Source: Bradymonadia bacterium
GTDB lineage: Bacteria; Myxococcota_A; Bradymonadia; UBA7976; UBA1532
Assembly (NCBI GenBank): GCA_049318805.1
Contig: JBMOFP010000003.1
Coordinates: 5,702-69,701 of the forward strand
DNA: 64,000 nucleotides
Direction: 5' to 3'
Shown here piece after piece: positions 63,692 to 64,000 of this stretch. Each line of letters starts with the position of its first letter. Position 1 is the first letter of the stretch. The translations under genes and the position numbers were made by a program. The notes beneath the pieces were generated by a model. It was not told the origin of the DNA. It saw nothing but the letters and a program-made list of their open reading frames with translations, and did no database searches.

Positions 63692-64000
63692 CTACTCCAC
63701 GCGCTCCACGCCGATCTTCTTCATGCGGCTCTGCAGCGTCGACGGTTTCAGGCCCAGGAGCTTCGCCGCGCCCTGCGCGCCGTAGAGTCGGCCGCCGGTG
63801 TGCTTGAGGACCGCTCGAATGTGCGCGCGCTCGACCTCTTCGAGGGTGCGCAGGTCCTCTTGCTCGGAGGTGGGCCGCGCGGTCGGCGCAGGCTCCGGGC
63901 CTGTGGCCTGCGGCCGCGGGAGGTCGAGGACCTCGGGGCCGAGCGCGCTCGAACGCGTGAGGATCGTCGCCCGCTCGAGCACGTTGCCGAGCTCGCGAAT
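63692..64000 (-). CDS. 3' end of a Fis-type HTH transcriptional regulator (probably a sigma-54-dependent activator); gene continues beyond the window
   Basis: C-terminal Fis-family HTH TLEEVERAHIRAVLKHTGGRLYGAQGAAKLLGLKPSTLQSRMKKIG. The upstream part lies outside the window. Confidence 0.6.
   Translation of the reverse strand: MRELGNVLERATILTRSSALGPEVLDLPRPQATGPEPAPTARPTSEQEDLRTLEEVERAHIRAVLKHTGGRLYGAQGAAKLLGLKPSTLQSRMKKIGVERVE

Noticed and set aside
1-64000. Mobile elements, CRISPR arrays, rRNA/tRNA genes
   Set aside because: No transposase, integrase, recombinase or Cas-like ORFs were found. There are no regularly spaced direct repeats with unique spacers. There are no rRNA-like conserved blocks or tRNA cloverleaf candidates that I could recognise by eye.

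Overview
This 64 kb window is about 70% GC and densely coded, and is most consistent with a Myxococcota-type chromosome (many lipoproteins, eukaryotic-like Ser/Thr kinases, MopE-like Cys repeats, a DUF1592/DUF1552 pair). I support about 47 protein-coding genes and found no rRNA, tRNA, CRISPR array, transposase or integrase. The six-frame track is heavily over-called, as expected at this GC content. Genes were chosen by recognisable protein family, signal peptides or lipoboxes, ribosome-binding sites and overlap logic. Internal starts were placed by counting codons from the ORF-track ends, not by database search. Recognisable housekeeping genes are Tex, glutathione peroxidase, citrate synthase, Dps, PPK2, a UDP-sugar dehydrogenase, an aldehyde dehydrogenase and a GT39 glycosyltransferase. 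The strongest candidate for a previously undescribed system is a translationally coupled two-gene minus-strand operon at 52377-56503. Gene 1 is a SIR2_2-like NADase domain (TTNFD and KLHG motifs intact) fused through a Pro-rich linker to a divergent AAA_35-like P-loop NTPase. Gene 2 is a paralogous AAA_35-like NTPase followed by one TM helix and a roughly 250 aa coiled coil. This architecture resembles NAD+-depleting abortive-infection modules but matches no named system that I know. Other notable items are an orphan PIN (VapC-like) toxin beside a low-GC patch, a catalytically degenerate site-2 protease homologue, an NRDE-flavin monooxygenase fusion, an HTTM-DCC fusion, an amidohydrolase pair whose second member lacks the HxH metal site, several extremely Cys-rich lipoproteins, and two giant PQQ sugar dehydrogenase fusions (one to a dihaem cytochrome c, one to PKD, EGF and P-domains). 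Regulatory observations are a motif of about 33 bp repeated upstream of two adjacent genes, and clustered perfect palindromes downstream of a LysR gene.
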